DNA of 56,848 nucleotides from an uncultured Bacteriovoracaceae bacterium (GTDB lineage Bacteria > Desulfobacterota > Desulfomonilia > UBA1062). Position numbers and translations under genes: made by a program. Where the stretch lies: the NCBI GenBank assembly GCA_964422755.1, contig CAYRCP010000001.1:1-56848 (forward strand), written 5' to 3'. The notes beneath the pieces were generated by a model. That model made no database searches. It was not told the origin of the DNA and saw only the letters and a list, made by a program, of their open reading frames with translations. Shown one piece after another: positions 20,650 through 30,470 of this stretch; position 1 is the first letter of the stretch, and every line of letters starts with the position of its first letter.

Positions 20650-23076
20650 ATGAATACAACAACAGTTGCAATCGATCAGGAAATGAGGCGCTCATACCTC
20701 GATTATTCCATGAGCGTGATTATCGGAAGGGCAATACCGGATGTAAGGGATGGTCTCAAGCCGGTTCACCGCAGGATTCTTTTTGCCATGAGCGAGCTGG
20801 GCAACACCCATAACAGGGCGTATAAAAAATCAGCACGTATCGTGGGCGATGTTATTGGTAAATACCACCCACACGGCGATTCGGCTGTTTACGATACCAT
20901 TGTACGTATGGCGCAGCCATTTTCCCTTCGCTATCCGCTCGTAGACGGACAGGGAAACTTCGGCTCCGTAGACGGAGATCGTGCGGCCGCAATGAGGTAT
21001 ACCGAGATCAGGATGTCGCGGATTGCCGAAGAGATGCTCTCCGACATTGAAAAGGAAACAGTCGATTTTCATCCCAACTATGATGAATCCCTGTTTGAAC
21101 CGGATGTGTTACCAACACGTATTCCCGGATTACTGCTGAACGGATCTTCCGGTATTGCCGTCGGGATGGCTACAAGTATCCCGCCTCACAACAGCGACGA
21201 GATCATCAATGCGCTGATTGCCCTGATCGACAATCCTGACACTGAACTTGATGATATCATAAAGATTGTTCCGGGTCCTGATTTTCCCACCGGGGGTATC
21301 ATTTTCTCCGGGGGCGAGATAGAAAAGGCATATTTAACGGGAAGAGGCATAATAAGGATCCGCGGTAAGGTGAGCACCGAGATGGAGAACAATCGCGATC
21401 GCCTTATCATACATGAGCTCCCCTATACCGTGAACAAGGCTGATCTCGTCGAACGCATCGCCATGCTGGTCCACGAGAAAAAGTTAGAGGGTATCTCTAA
21501 CATTCGTGATGAATCCGATAAAGACGGAATGAGAGTGGTTATTGACCTGAAGCGTGGCGCCCAGCCGGAGGTCCTGGAAAACCAGCTCTACAAACTTACC
21601 AATCTGCAAACCTCTTTTTCCATGAATATGCTCGCTATCCACAACGGCAGTCCCAAGGTCATGGGTCTTATCGAATTGTTACAGGCATTCCTCGATTTTC
21701 GTGAAGAGGTGGTCACCCGCAGAAGTATTTTTGAACTGAAAAAGGCCAAGGCGCGGGTGCATATCCTTGAAGGTCTCTTGAAGGCCCTGGATAACATCGA
21801 TGAAATCGTTGCGCTGATCAAGGCTTCCGCCACACCACTGGTGGCCAGGGAAAATCTCATGGAGCGATTTGATTTCTCAGAGATCCAGGCCCAGGCAATC
21901 CTTGACATGCGCCTCCAGCGTTTGACAGGCCTCGAGCGAGATAAACTCACAGACGAATATAATTCGCTCCTGAAAGATATCCTGCGCCTGGAGAAAATCC
22001 TTTCTGACCGGAATGAACTGCTTAAAGTCATCAGAGGTGAGCTCGAGGAGATCAGAGACAAGTACGCAGATGAACGCAGAACCATCATTTTTAAAAATGC
22101 GGCAGGAGAATTCAATCTCGAAGATCTTATCCCTGATGAAAAAATGGTAGTCACGATTACGAGAACAGGGTACGTCAAGCGCACTGAGCTCGATAAATAC
22201 CGGACACAAAAAAGAGGCGGCGTGGGGGTAAAGGGCGGTTCTGCCAAAGAGGATGATTTTATCGAGCACATTTTTATCGGGACCAACCATGCATCTATCC
22301 TCTATTTCACCAACAAAGGCAGGGTCTACCATACCAGGGTATACGAGATACCCGAGAGAGACAGGGCACTCAAAGGGGTCCCCATCGTCAATATCCGGCC
22401 CATACGAAAAGACGAGCGGATCTGTGCGGTCTTGGTTGCTTCCGATATCAACATGGATGCAAATGTGGTTATGGTTACGGCCAAGGCGAACTGTAAACGG
22501 GTAAAACTCAAGAATTTCAGCAACATCATGAAAACCGGCATCATCGCATGTACCCTTGACGATGATGATGAAGTAATTTCCGCCAGGCTCACCCAGGGCA
22601 ACGCGCAGATTATCGTTGCCTCGCGCTTCGGGAAGGCCATTGTATTCCCGGAAGACCAGGTCAGGGTAATGGGCAGACAGGCCCAGGGCGTGCGAGCAAT
22701 CCGCCTGGATGATGACGATGTAGTAGTTGGAATGGACGTGATACAGTCCGAAGAAGACCTGGTGATCAATCTCACCGAATACGGGTTTGGGAAGAAGACG
22801 TCGATCACCCAGTATCCGGTGCAGAATCGTGCGGGAAAGGGTGTTTATACCGTACACATTACCCCAAAGACCGGGAACCTCGTGGGGATCAGAGTCGTGC
22901 AAAAGAGTGATGAACTCATTATCATCTCCATGTCCGGCCAGATCATCCGCATGCCGGTTTCCCAGATCAGGACCACCCGAACACGATCAGCCCAGGGCGT
23001 GCGCGCTATCCGGTTGAAAACCAATGAAAAGATAATCGATTTTTCAAAATATGTGGAAGATGAGCCACCGGAATAA
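20650..23076 (+). CDS. gyrA: DNA gyrase subunit A
   Basis: 808 aa. Motifs [11 protein letters not shown], the QRDR-like region [20 protein letters not shown], and the active-site AAMRYTE. C-terminal beta-pinwheel repeats are present. Confidence 0.97.
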   Translation: MNTTTVAIDQEMRRSYLDYSMSVIIGRAIPDVRDGLKPVHRRILFAMSELGNTHNRAYKKSARIVGDVIGKYHPHGDSAVYDTIVRMAQPFSLRYPLVDGQGNFGSVDGDRAAAMRYTEIRMSRIAEEMLSDIEKETVDFHPNYDESLFEPDVLPTRIPGLLLNGSSGIAVGMATSIPPHNSDEIINALIALIDNPDTELDDIIKIVPGPDFPTGGIIFSGGEIEKAYLTGRGIIRIRGKVSTEMENNRDRLIIHELPYTVNKADLVERIAMLVHEKKLEGISNIRDESDKDGMRVVIDLKRGAQPEVLENQLYKLTNLQTSFSMNMLAIHNGSPKVMGLIELLQAFLDFREEVVTRRSIFELKKAKARVHILEGLLKALDNIDEIVALIKASATPLVARENLMERFDFSEIQAQAILDMRLQRLTGLERDKLTDEYNSLLKDILRLEKILSDRNELLKVIRGELEEIRDKYADERRTIIFKNAAGEFNLEDLIPDEKMVVTITRTGYVKRTELDKYRTQKRGGVGVKGGSAKEDDFIEHIFIGTNHASILYFTNKGRVYHTRVYEIPERDRALKGVPIVNIRPIRKDERICAVLVASDINMDANVVMVTAKANCKRVKLKNFSNIMKTGIIACTLDDDDEVISARLTQGNAQIIVASRFGKAIVFPEDQVRVMGRQAQGVRAIRLDDDDVVVGMDVIQSEEDLVINLTEYGFGKKTSITQYPVQNRAGKGVYTVHITPKTGNLVGIRVVQKSDELIIISMSGQIIRMPVSQIRTTRTRSAQGVRAIRLKTNEKIIDFSKYVEDEPPE

Positions 23077-23097
23077 CGCGTGGAACACCGATAGATT

Positions 23098-23135
23098 CCG
23101 GAACATGGGGGGGACTCCTTGTTCCGGTTTTTTTT
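23098..23135 (+). terminator. Rho-independent terminator of gyrA
   Basis: The 8-bp stem CCGGAACA...TGTTCCGG is followed by TTTTTTTT, 22 nt after the gyrA stop. Confidence 0.8.
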
Positions 23136-23411
23136 AAGATAACATGATGTTTGAGAACGTTGTTTTTTGATAATCTTAGTGCTTGCGAGCGCTTAACAGA
23201 CCCGTTGCATTATAAAAGCTCTCCTGAGACACTCTGCAGTAAAATCCCTCATACGCACGCTACACAAAAAATAAGCTCAGTGATATTAAAGGGAGTAAGT
23301 TACTGTTCAGGTTATCCACTACGCAAGCAGCAGTTACGGAAAGTATTATAAGGTTGACATAGGCACGGCCCTTTGGAGATCTTGCTGCTTTGGTAGAGTC
23401 TGCGGCGGAGT

Positions 23412-24227
23412 TTATAGAACAATACCCTTTAGGAAGCTCACCGCATTGTCAAATATCGCCATACCCTCTCCTTGCTGCGCAAGGGTTTTCTGGCGGGTCC
23501 ATCCCGGATGGTTTGTTGCTTTGGTAAAGGCCTCGGGGTGAGGCATGAGACCGAAGATCCTGCCGGTTTTATCACAGATGCCGGCAATGGCCTCAATCGA
23601 TCCATTTGGGTTGTCCGGGTAGGCCATGGTAGGCTCATCGTTCTCGTCGGCGTAGAATAAGGTGTCTAAATTGTCTTCTTTGATCTGGACAAGGGTCTCA
23701 TCACCATCGACGACGAATTTTCCCTCTCCGTGACGAACCGGGAGATAGATTTTATCAATGGATCTGGTGAAAATACAGGGGCTGTCCTGGTTAACCGAAA
23801 TCCTCACCCACCGGTCTTCGAATTTAGCCGAATCATTGAAGGTGAGTGATACTCTCCGGTGACCGAAGGGGTTTCCGGGCAGCAGTCCTGATTTAACCAG
23901 GGCCTGAAAACCGTTGCAGACCCCTAAGATGATCATCCCTCTTTCGATGAAGGTCATGATCTCGGCAAAGAGTGTTCTTCCTGAGGTTTTGATCCTGGCA
24001 TGCTTGAGCCGGATGCTTTCTACCTGAGCAGAGCCGAGGTCGTCCCCGTCGAGAAAACCGCCTGCCAGGTTCAAAAAATGGTAGTCGCCAATTGCGCATG
24101 TGCCGCGAATGATATCGCTTATGTGCACGATATCGCAAAGGGCCCCTGCCTGTCTGCAGGCATACGCCATTTCCATTTCACAATTTGTTCCATATCCGGT
24201 TATGACCAGCGCTTTTACCTGTGCCAT
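23412..24227 (-). CDS. purQ: Phosphoribosylformylglycinamidine synthase, glutaminase subunit (PurQ-like class I amidotransferase)
   Basis: From ORF 23412..24278. Nucleophile elbow GVCNGFQ and the distal HPE motif (LMPHPEAF). Located immediately downstream of purL. Start trimmed to MAQVKALVITGYG. Confidence 0.85.
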   Translation of the reverse strand: MAQVKALVITGYGTNCEMEMAYACRQAGALCDIVHISDIIRGTCAIGDYHFLNLAGGFLDGDDLGSAQVESIRLKHARIKTSGRTLFAEIMTFIERGMIILGVCNGFQALVKSGLLPGNPFGHRRVSLTFNDSAKFEDRWVRISVNQDSPCIFTRSIDKIYLPVRHGEGKFVVDGDETLVQIKEDNLDTLFYADENDEPTMAYPDNPNGSIEAIAGICDKTGRIFGLMPHPEAFTKATNHPGWTRQKTLAQQGEGMAIFDNAVSFLKGIVL

Positions 24228-24228
24228 G

Positions 24229-27177
24229 TTATAAGTCCAAGGGCTCCTTCCATGCCTGCTTAAGGGTATCGGTGTCATGATTGATGACGGGTAACATATC
24301 CTGCCCGATAATTCTCAACCTCAACTCAGGAATAGATTTACCGATGCAGCATGCATCGTCACCAAAGATCTCCTCGATGGATTCAGCGTTATCCGGGGAC
24401 ACGGCAATGATGATCCTGCTGGGTGTTTCCGAATAGAGGATTTCCGTGTCGTTCATCCCGGCTTCTCTTTCAATCTCAGCCAGATCTATTTCCAGACCGT
24501 ATCCTCCGGCAAAGGCCATCTCGGCCAAACTCACGGCGATGCCGCCGTCCGATATATCATGTGCAGCATTCACCAGGCCTTTGGTTATCGCCTTGTGCAC
24601 TCTCTGATAGCGTTTCATTGCCTGGTGTGCATCCACCTTTGGTATGCTGGAGCCGATGATGCCGCAGGATGCGAAGTATTCGCTCGCTCCAAGTTCCCTG
24701 CGCGTGGTTCCCAGGAGATAGATACGGTCTCCAGGGTTCTTGATATCCATGGAAATAGCCTTGGTTGAATCGTCGATCTTACCGATAACCGAAATCAGGA
24801 TGGTGGGCGGAATGGATATCTTGCCGTCAGGACCGACATAGTCGTTTTTCATGCTGTCTTTACCGGAAATCAACGGGCAGTTGAATGTTTTCGTATATGA
24901 ATACAATGCCTTATTTGCCCGAACGAGCTGAGCGAGCTTGTAATCACCGTCAGGGTTCTTTTCAGTTTGAATGGGATCACACCAGCAGAAGTTATCGAGA
25001 CAGGCCCAGTGATTCGGGTTACCGCCTACGCACACATAATTTCTCAGGGCCTCGTCAAGGCTACATGCGGTCATATGGTAGGTGTCGATATCCGAATACC
25101 GGGGGATGATACCGTTGGAGACAACAACTCCCTCGTTCGATTCCAGGAACGGTCGGATAACGGCTGCATCTGAAGGCCCGTCAGACAACAGTCCCACCAG
25201 GGGTTTTATCACCGATCCTCCCTGCACCTCATGATCATATTGCCTGATGACATACTCCTTGGAGCAGATATTGAGCCTTTTGAGTATTTCTTCGAGCTTT
25301 CTGTTCTGATCTTTTGGGATGGGGGTATCAGGGTCACGATCAAGAGTATCGTTCCACCTGGCGGTAAGGCGCATGTCCGGAAGGCCGTTATGGAGAAAAT
25401 CGAGACCGAGATATGCCACGGGCCGTTGCTCATAGGTGCAGTGGAAATATCCCGAATCGGTAAATTCACCGATCACGGTGGATTCGACATCCATCTGTGC
25501 AGAGAGTGCAAGAAATTCGTCGATTTTATCCGGCGCAACGGCAAGGGTCATCCTCTCCTGGGCCTCCGATAGGAGGATCTCCCAGGGGTTTAATCCCTGG
25601 TATTTCAGAAGGGGTGTATCCAGATCTATACGGCATCCGCCGCACAGCTGTGCCATTTCCCCCACCGAGGAAGACAATCCCCCGGCGCCATTGTCGGTTA
25701 TGGCCCGGTAGAGGTCCATGTCCCTGGCCCTCAGCAGGAAGTCGGTGAGTTTTTTCTGGGTGATTGGATCTCCTATCTGCACAGCTGATGTGGGTGATGC
25801 CTCATGGAGTTCTTCAGAGGAGAAGGTAGCTCCGTGGATACCGTCCTTGCCGATTCTGCCGCCGGACATGACCGCAAGATCACCGGGCAGAATGGTCTTT
25901 ATGTGGGAAGGTCTTCCATTGACGAGGGTGGGCATTATTCCTGCTGTGCCACAGTATACGAGGGGTTTTCCCAGGTATCTGTCATCAAACACGAGACAGC
26001 CGTTCACCGTGGGAATGCCCGATTTATTGCCCCCGTGCTCCACTCCTTCCCTGACACCTTCAAATATGCGGATCGGGTGGAGAATTTTTGGCGGAAGCTT
26101 TTTATCATAGAACGGATCAGCAAAGCAGAACACATCGGTATTGAAGATGAGCTTTGAACCGATCCCGGTACCGAATGGATCCCTGTTCACCCCGACAATC
26201 CCGGTCAATGCACCACCGTAAGGATCGAGAGCCGAAGGCGAGTTGTGGGTTTCAACCTTGAAGACGAGATTATAATCTTCATTAAATCGGATCACCCCTG
26301 CATTGTCAGTAAAGACGCTGACGCAAATATCATTATTGCCGGCATCTTCGCGGATCTCGGCCGTGGATCCTTGAATATATGTTTTAAACAGTGACGAGAT
26401 CTTCTCGACGGTTCCGTTTTCCTCATAGGAAATCTCCGCATTGAAAATCTTGTGCTTGCAATGCTCCGACCAGGTCTGTGCAAGACATTCCAGTTCAACA
26501 TCCGTGATCATCTTTCCCAGCCCGATCTGTCCCCGATCCTTCTGTACGGCCGGATTGTCGATATATGAAGAGATCGTCTTGATTTCATCGACGCTCAGGG
26601 CCAGAGTCCTTTCCCGGGAGAGGTTGGCAAGCTCTTCGTCCGTCCTCCCAAGAGAGATCTCCTCGACATGGGGTTGCTGGTCAATGGTTACCACCGGTAT
26701 ATATGGCTTGACCGTCTGGATTTCCCGGGGGTCAAAGATTCTCACGTATTGAATCAGACTGTTGGCAAGACATTCCTGCGCAATCTTTTGCGCCGTCTTC
26801 CGTGAAAAAGGTCCCTTGATCAGGTAGGCCCGTGCGGAATATACCGGGAGTTCCTTTGAGGTGATCAGCTTGAGGGCATACTGTGCGCTGTGGCCGACAT
26901 TATCGGTTACCCCGGGCTTGAAGCCGATTTCAATATACCAGTCAAAATCAAGGGTCAAAGGTCTGTTGATGGCAATGTCCTGAATTACCGGGTCACAGAA
27001 GGCTTCAGCAAGCCATTCACCCTCAAGATTCTCGCTGTCTACGGTATAGATATCGATACAGAAAACGTGCAGTTCTTCCGGTAGATGGGGGAATGCACGC
27101 AGTATCTTACGTTTTGACCTTTCTCCTCGAGCATCAAAGATCCCTGGTTTTAATCCGACCTCAACCCTGTCGGGCAT
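24229..27177 (-). CDS. purL: Phosphoribosylformylglycinamidine synthase PurL with an N-terminal PurS-like domain (PurSL fusion)
   Basis: 982 aa. The N-terminal ~85 aa resemble PurS (VEVGLKPGIFDARGERSKRKI). The body carries PurL/AIR-synthase-like motifs (SEHCKHKIF, ETHNSPSALDPYGGA, ITDNGAGGLSSSVGE). Confidence 0.92.
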   Translation of the reverse strand: MPDRVEVGLKPGIFDARGERSKRKILRAFPHLPEELHVFCIDIYTVDSENLEGEWLAEAFCDPVIQDIAINRPLTLDFDWYIEIGFKPGVTDNVGHSAQYALKLITSKELPVYSARAYLIKGPFSRKTAQKIAQECLANSLIQYVRIFDPREIQTVKPYIPVVTIDQQPHVEEISLGRTDEELANLSRERTLALSVDEIKTISSYIDNPAVQKDRGQIGLGKMITDVELECLAQTWSEHCKHKIFNAEISYEENGTVEKISSLFKTYIQGSTAEIREDAGNNDICVSVFTDNAGVIRFNEDYNLVFKVETHNSPSALDPYGGALTGIVGVNRDPFGTGIGSKLIFNTDVFCFADPFYDKKLPPKILHPIRIFEGVREGVEHGGNKSGIPTVNGCLVFDDRYLGKPLVYCGTAGIMPTLVNGRPSHIKTILPGDLAVMSGGRIGKDGIHGATFSSEELHEASPTSAVQIGDPITQKKLTDFLLRARDMDLYRAITDNGAGGLSSSVGEMAQLCGGCRIDLDTPLLKYQGLNPWEILLSEAQERMTLAVAPDKIDEFLALSAQMDVESTVIGEFTDSGYFHCTYEQRPVAYLGLDFLHNGLPDMRLTARWNDTLDRDPDTPIPKDQNRKLEEILKRLNICSKEYVIRQYDHEVQGGSVIKPLVGLLSDGPSDAAVIRPFLESNEGVVVSNGIIPRYSDIDTYHMTACSLDEALRNYVCVGGNPNHWACLDNFCWCDPIQTEKNPDGDYKLAQLVRANKALYSYTKTFNCPLISGKDSMKNDYVGPDGKISIPPTILISVIGKIDDSTKAISMDIKNPGDRIYLLGTTRRELGASEYFASCGIIGSSIPKVDAHQAMKRYQRVHKAITKGLVNAAHDISDGGIAVSLAEMAFAGGYGLEIDLAEIEREAGMNDTEILYSETPSRIIIAVSPDNAESIEEIFGDDACCIGKSIPELRLRIIGQDMLPVINHDTDTLKQAWKEPLDL

Positions 27178-27181
27178 CTAT

Positions 27182-27568
27182 CTACCCCTTTTCTTCGATG
27201 TATGCGGATGCATGACCTTCTACACTTTCACGCTGCGATTTACATTTTACACACAGCGTGGCAAAGGGCATTGCCCTCAGGCGGCCCACGGGAATTGTCT
27301 CGTCACAGTCTTCGCAATAACCGTATTCTCCATTATCAAGCTTTGACAGGGCGCTTTCGATCTGGTCGATTTTTTGACGCTCTCTTGTGGAGAGGAGTAA
27401 ATTGAACTCCCGTGATTGCTCTAGATCGGCATCATCAAAGATGTCGCCGATCTCTCTCTGCTCGGACATGTCATTGGATTTGATCCTTTCTTCAAGATTT
27501 TGAAGGATCTCTGTTTTCATCTCAATCAAGATCTCCCTGATTTCAAGGAGTTCATCTTTTCTCAGCAT
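27182..27568 (-). CDS. DksA/TraR family C4-type zinc-finger protein
   Basis: A coiled-coil N-terminus and CEDCDETIPVGRLRAMPFATLCVKC. Start trimmed to MLRKDELL, which has GGAGGG 4 nt upstream. Confidence 0.8.
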   Translation of the reverse strand: MLRKDELLEIREILIEMKTEILQNLEERIKSNDMSEQREIGDIFDDADLEQSREFNLLLSTRERQKIDQIESALSKLDNGEYGYCEDCDETIPVGRLRAMPFATLCVKCKSQRESVEGHASAYIEEKG

Positions 27569-27730
27569 TCTGCCCTCCACGATCTCTTTAAAAGTAGGGT
27601 ACTTATACCGATAAAAATTCTCCTGTCAATAAGGAAAACATCCCTATTGCATGAAAGGACATTTTCCCATTGCACCGATCCTGGCTATACTTTGCTAAAA
27701 ATCACTGTCAGCGCGTGTTTACTCTTGTTT

Positions 27731-28933
27731 TCACCACGCTGCCTGAAACACCTCGCAATCGATAAAATCTCCCGCTTCGACAAGTTTTGTTCCCTTGGGA
27801 ACCACTATGAAGCAGTTTCCCCGGGTCATGGACGTGAGAATTCCAGACCCCTGAGGCCCTGTAGGGGTTACCATAAGCTCTGAATCTTTTCTCTCGATCA
27901 GTCCCCGAATGTAGTTCGGCCTGTCGCCCTTGCTTTTTATCCGGGATGCAACCTTTACCCGCAGAGAGGGGAGCAGAAAATCAGTTGCACCCATGAGTTT
28001 TAAGATAGCCGGTCTGGCGAATTGATAGAAAGATGTCATGGTGGAAACAGGATAGCCGGGGAGTCCGAGAGCGGGCACGGAGCCGATGGTTCCAAATGCC
28101 AGAGGTTTGCCGGGCTTAATCTCAACCTTCCAGAATTCCATGGCGTTGTCGTCCAACCCCATAACCTCTTTTACCATATCATAATCACCCATGGAGACAC
28201 CGCCGGAGGTCAAAATGAGATCGGCATTCTTCGCCATGGCGAGCTTTTCCACGAGGTCTTCCCTGTTGTCCCGGGCAATTCCAAGATACCGGGGTATTGC
28301 GCCGATGGACCGCACGAGACTGGTCAGGGTATATGAGTTTGACGACGAGATTTTTCCCGGGGAAAGTTCCTCATCCAGATCGGCGATTTCATCTCCTGTT
28401 GCCAAAATCGCAACAACCGGCCGCTGATGGCATGGAATCAGTATGCGGCGCAGGGAGGCAAGAACCCCGATCTGCGCGGGGCCGATATGGGTCCCGTGAG
28501 GCAGGATAATATCCCCTGTTTTGATGTCCTCTCCTTTGAACCGTATGTGCTGGAGTTTTTGCGGAACTGTATTAATGATGACATCCGCATCGCTCTCAGA
28601 TGTGTCTTCTCTCATAACCACGGCATCGGTACCCGGAGGAAGCGGGGCGCCGGTCATGATCTTGACCGCCTCGTCACGCTCGAACGGCCCTTTCGGGAGT
28701 GCCCCTGCAGGGATCTCGTAGGCAATCTTGAGCCTCGTTCCTTCTGATACAACCCCATCGCAGTGAACGGCATACCCATCCATTGCCGAGTTGTCCCACG
28801 GTGGGATTTCTCTATCGGAGATGATATCCGTCGCGAGATATCTTCCAAGTGAGTCTTCCAGATATACCTTTTCCGGGGGTAAGGTTTCTAAGTTGCGTAA
28901 GATAGTATTCCTGGCTTCTTCTACAGAGATCAT
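27731..28933 (-). CDS. moeA: Molybdopterin molybdotransferase MoeA
   Basis: 400 aa. Motifs PPWDNSAMDGYAV, RFKGEDI and LTSGGVSMGDYDMVKE. Confidence 0.9.
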   Translation of the reverse strand: MISVEEARNTILRNLETLPPEKVYLEDSLGRYLATDIISDREIPPWDNSAMDGYAVHCDGVVSEGTRLKIAYEIPAGALPKGPFERDEAVKIMTGAPLPPGTDAVVMREDTSESDADVIINTVPQKLQHIRFKGEDIKTGDIILPHGTHIGPAQIGVLASLRRILIPCHQRPVVAILATGDEIADLDEELSPGKISSSNSYTLTSLVRSIGAIPRYLGIARDNREDLVEKLAMAKNADLILTSGGVSMGDYDMVKEVMGLDDNAMEFWKVEIKPGKPLAFGTIGSVPALGLPGYPVSTMTSFYQFARPAILKLMGATDFLLPSLRVKVASRIKSKGDRPNYIRGLIERKDSELMVTPTGPQGSGILTSMTRGNCFIVVPKGTKLVEAGDFIDCEVFQAAW

Positions 28934-29027
28934 AGGTCTATGTCCTCATTTTTTCGATGTGACGTTATCCTATTGCACGTGTAAAGGGAAGTCAAGATTC
29001 TATCGCCCTTCGTCGATAGGAGAGACT

Positions 29028-30470
29028 ATGGAAGAAACCGAGATACTTGCGTCTTTGGACATAGAATTAGAAAAAGTCAGATCCCTTCATGGGAGCATGT
29101 GCATTATCGTGATTCCTGAAAGGTATGCCAAAACGGCCATGGGATCCAAGAGAAAGGTGGACACGGCCCTTATATACAAGGAATATCTCGTAATCGGCCT
29201 GTTTGGCATGGAGGCTGATGAAGCCTCGGCACTCTTTCTGTCCATACCAAAAGGTATTGCGGTATACCCTCAGGACGGCCACGATATCCGGACACTGTTT
29301 TTTGAGGCACTGGAGCGCCTCCAGGTAATGGGGAGTTCTCCATGGGTAAAACGTTTGTGGGATAGTCTCAAGAAAACAAAATCCCTGGAGAGCCAGGAGG
29401 ATCCGGAAAGCAGGTTCATTTCCGCCTCCTTCTATCAGTTTCTTTCGCTCTTGGACTCTCATCCAAAAGAATTGGCGGAAATAATGGCCGATATGAATGA
29501 TACCGACCAACACTGGGTGAAAGACTACCTGCCCTATGTTGCTGTTACGTCATTGAACAGTGATGAACGCTCGCAGGGAGAAGATATCTCGGCTCTTCTT
29601 ACGGAATGGCAGTACCGGGAAAAGATGACGCTGAAACAGGACAAAGGGAAAAAGACCCTGCGTAAATTCAGAAATATCGAGCATTTTTTTACCCTTCCCG
29701 CCATATCTCAGGAGATTATAGATCTGGCCAGCGATGCCCTTCTGGCTGCCTCGAAGATGGCGCGCATTATCGAAAAAGACCCGGTGCTCACCTCTCGGCT
29801 CTTAAAGGTGGTGAATTCGGCCTTTTATGGTTTCCACCGGCAGATCGATTCTGTTGAGCATGCCATCGTAATCCTGGGCAACGAGGAGGTGGTGAATCTT
29901 GCATTTTCTATCGCGATTCACAAAGTCCTGGAGACCATCTCTACCTCCCACGCGCAAAAGCTGTGGGAGCACAGCCTTGTTGTTGCTCATCTCTCACAAT
30001 GGCTGGGACCGCTCATGGGATATAAATCCAAGGACAAGATCTACACGGTTGGATTGCTGCATGATTTCGGCAAGATAGTATTCCTGCAGCGGGGACATTT
30101 TGTCGGCGATCTGGACAGCCCGTCTTCTCTGGAAGAACTTGCCAAGGAAGAGATGGACTCGGGTCTTTCCCATGCCGAGATGGGGGCCTATGTAGCAGAG
30201 AGATGGAATCTCCCTGCCGGGATTGTGGATGCCCTTCTCTGCCACCATCTCCCGGGCAAGGCAAAAGATGAGGAACTCTCGGTAACCATTCACCTTGCCG
30301 ATGTCATTGCCCATACCGGAAAAATCGATACGGACAAGCTCAATTTTGCCGCAGCACGCTTTTTGTCTCAGAGAAAAGGTCTTAATCTTTCTCAGGAGAT
30401 GGTTTATCAGAAGTATCAGGAGGTCACAGGGCGTGTACAGCTCGTATTGGATGTAGATGATGGAGCGTAA
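29028..30470 (+). CDS. HDOD-domain signalling protein with an unassigned ~270-aa N-terminal region
   Basis: From ORF 28791..30470, start trimmed to MEETEIL, which has AGGAGAG upstream. The C-terminal half has the HDOD pattern (LPAISQEIIDLA...LLKVVNSAFYGFHRQIDSVEHAIVILG...GLLHDFGKIVF...HAEMGAYVAERWNLP). Confidence 0.8.
   Translation: MEETEILASLDIELEKVRSLHGSMCIIVIPERYAKTAMGSKRKVDTALIYKEYLVIGLFGMEADEASALFLSIPKGIAVYPQDGHDIRTLFFEALERLQVMGSSPWVKRLWDSLKKTKSLESQEDPESRFISASFYQFLSLLDSHPKELAEIMADMNDTDQHWVKDYLPYVAVTSLNSDERSQGEDISALLTEWQYREKMTLKQDKGKKTLRKFRNIEHFFTLPAISQEIIDLASDALLAASKMARIIEKDPVLTSRLLKVVNSAFYGFHRQIDSVEHAIVILGNEEVVNLAFSIAIHKVLETISTSHAQKLWEHSLVVAHLSQWLGPLMGYKSKDKIYTVGLLHDFGKIVFLQRGHFVGDLDSPSSLEELAKEEMDSGLSHAEMGAYVAERWNLPAGIVDALLCHHLPGKAKDEELSVTIHLADVIAHTGKIDTDKLNFAAARFLSQRKGLNLSQEMVYQKYQEVTGRVQLVLDVDDGA

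Noticed and set aside
21877-22902. Long antisense ORFs inside well-supported genes. Examples: 341 aa opposite gyrA, 390 aa at 33993-35165 opposite the FadB-like gene, 342 aa at 52828-53856 opposite glpD, 314 aa at 39062-40006 opposite murA, 300 aa at 46490-47392 opposite smc, and 252 aa at 42664-43422 opposite the CBS-ACT gene.
   Set aside because: Each lies entirely opposite a gene with unmistakable family motifs. Their translations are low-complexity or Arg/Gly/His-rich with no recognisable motifs and no Shine-Dalgarno. Stop-poor antisense frames are a normal by-product of codon bias.
23137-23411. 275-bp convergent spacer between gyrA and purQ, containing an 8/9 DnaA-box match (TTATCCACT, 23312-23320) and the 66-aa ORF 23151-23351.
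   Set aside because: A single box with no cluster or AT-rich unwinding element is not enough. The ORF has no Shine-Dalgarno and is not protein-like. I could not find a promoter-terminator pair for an sRNA.
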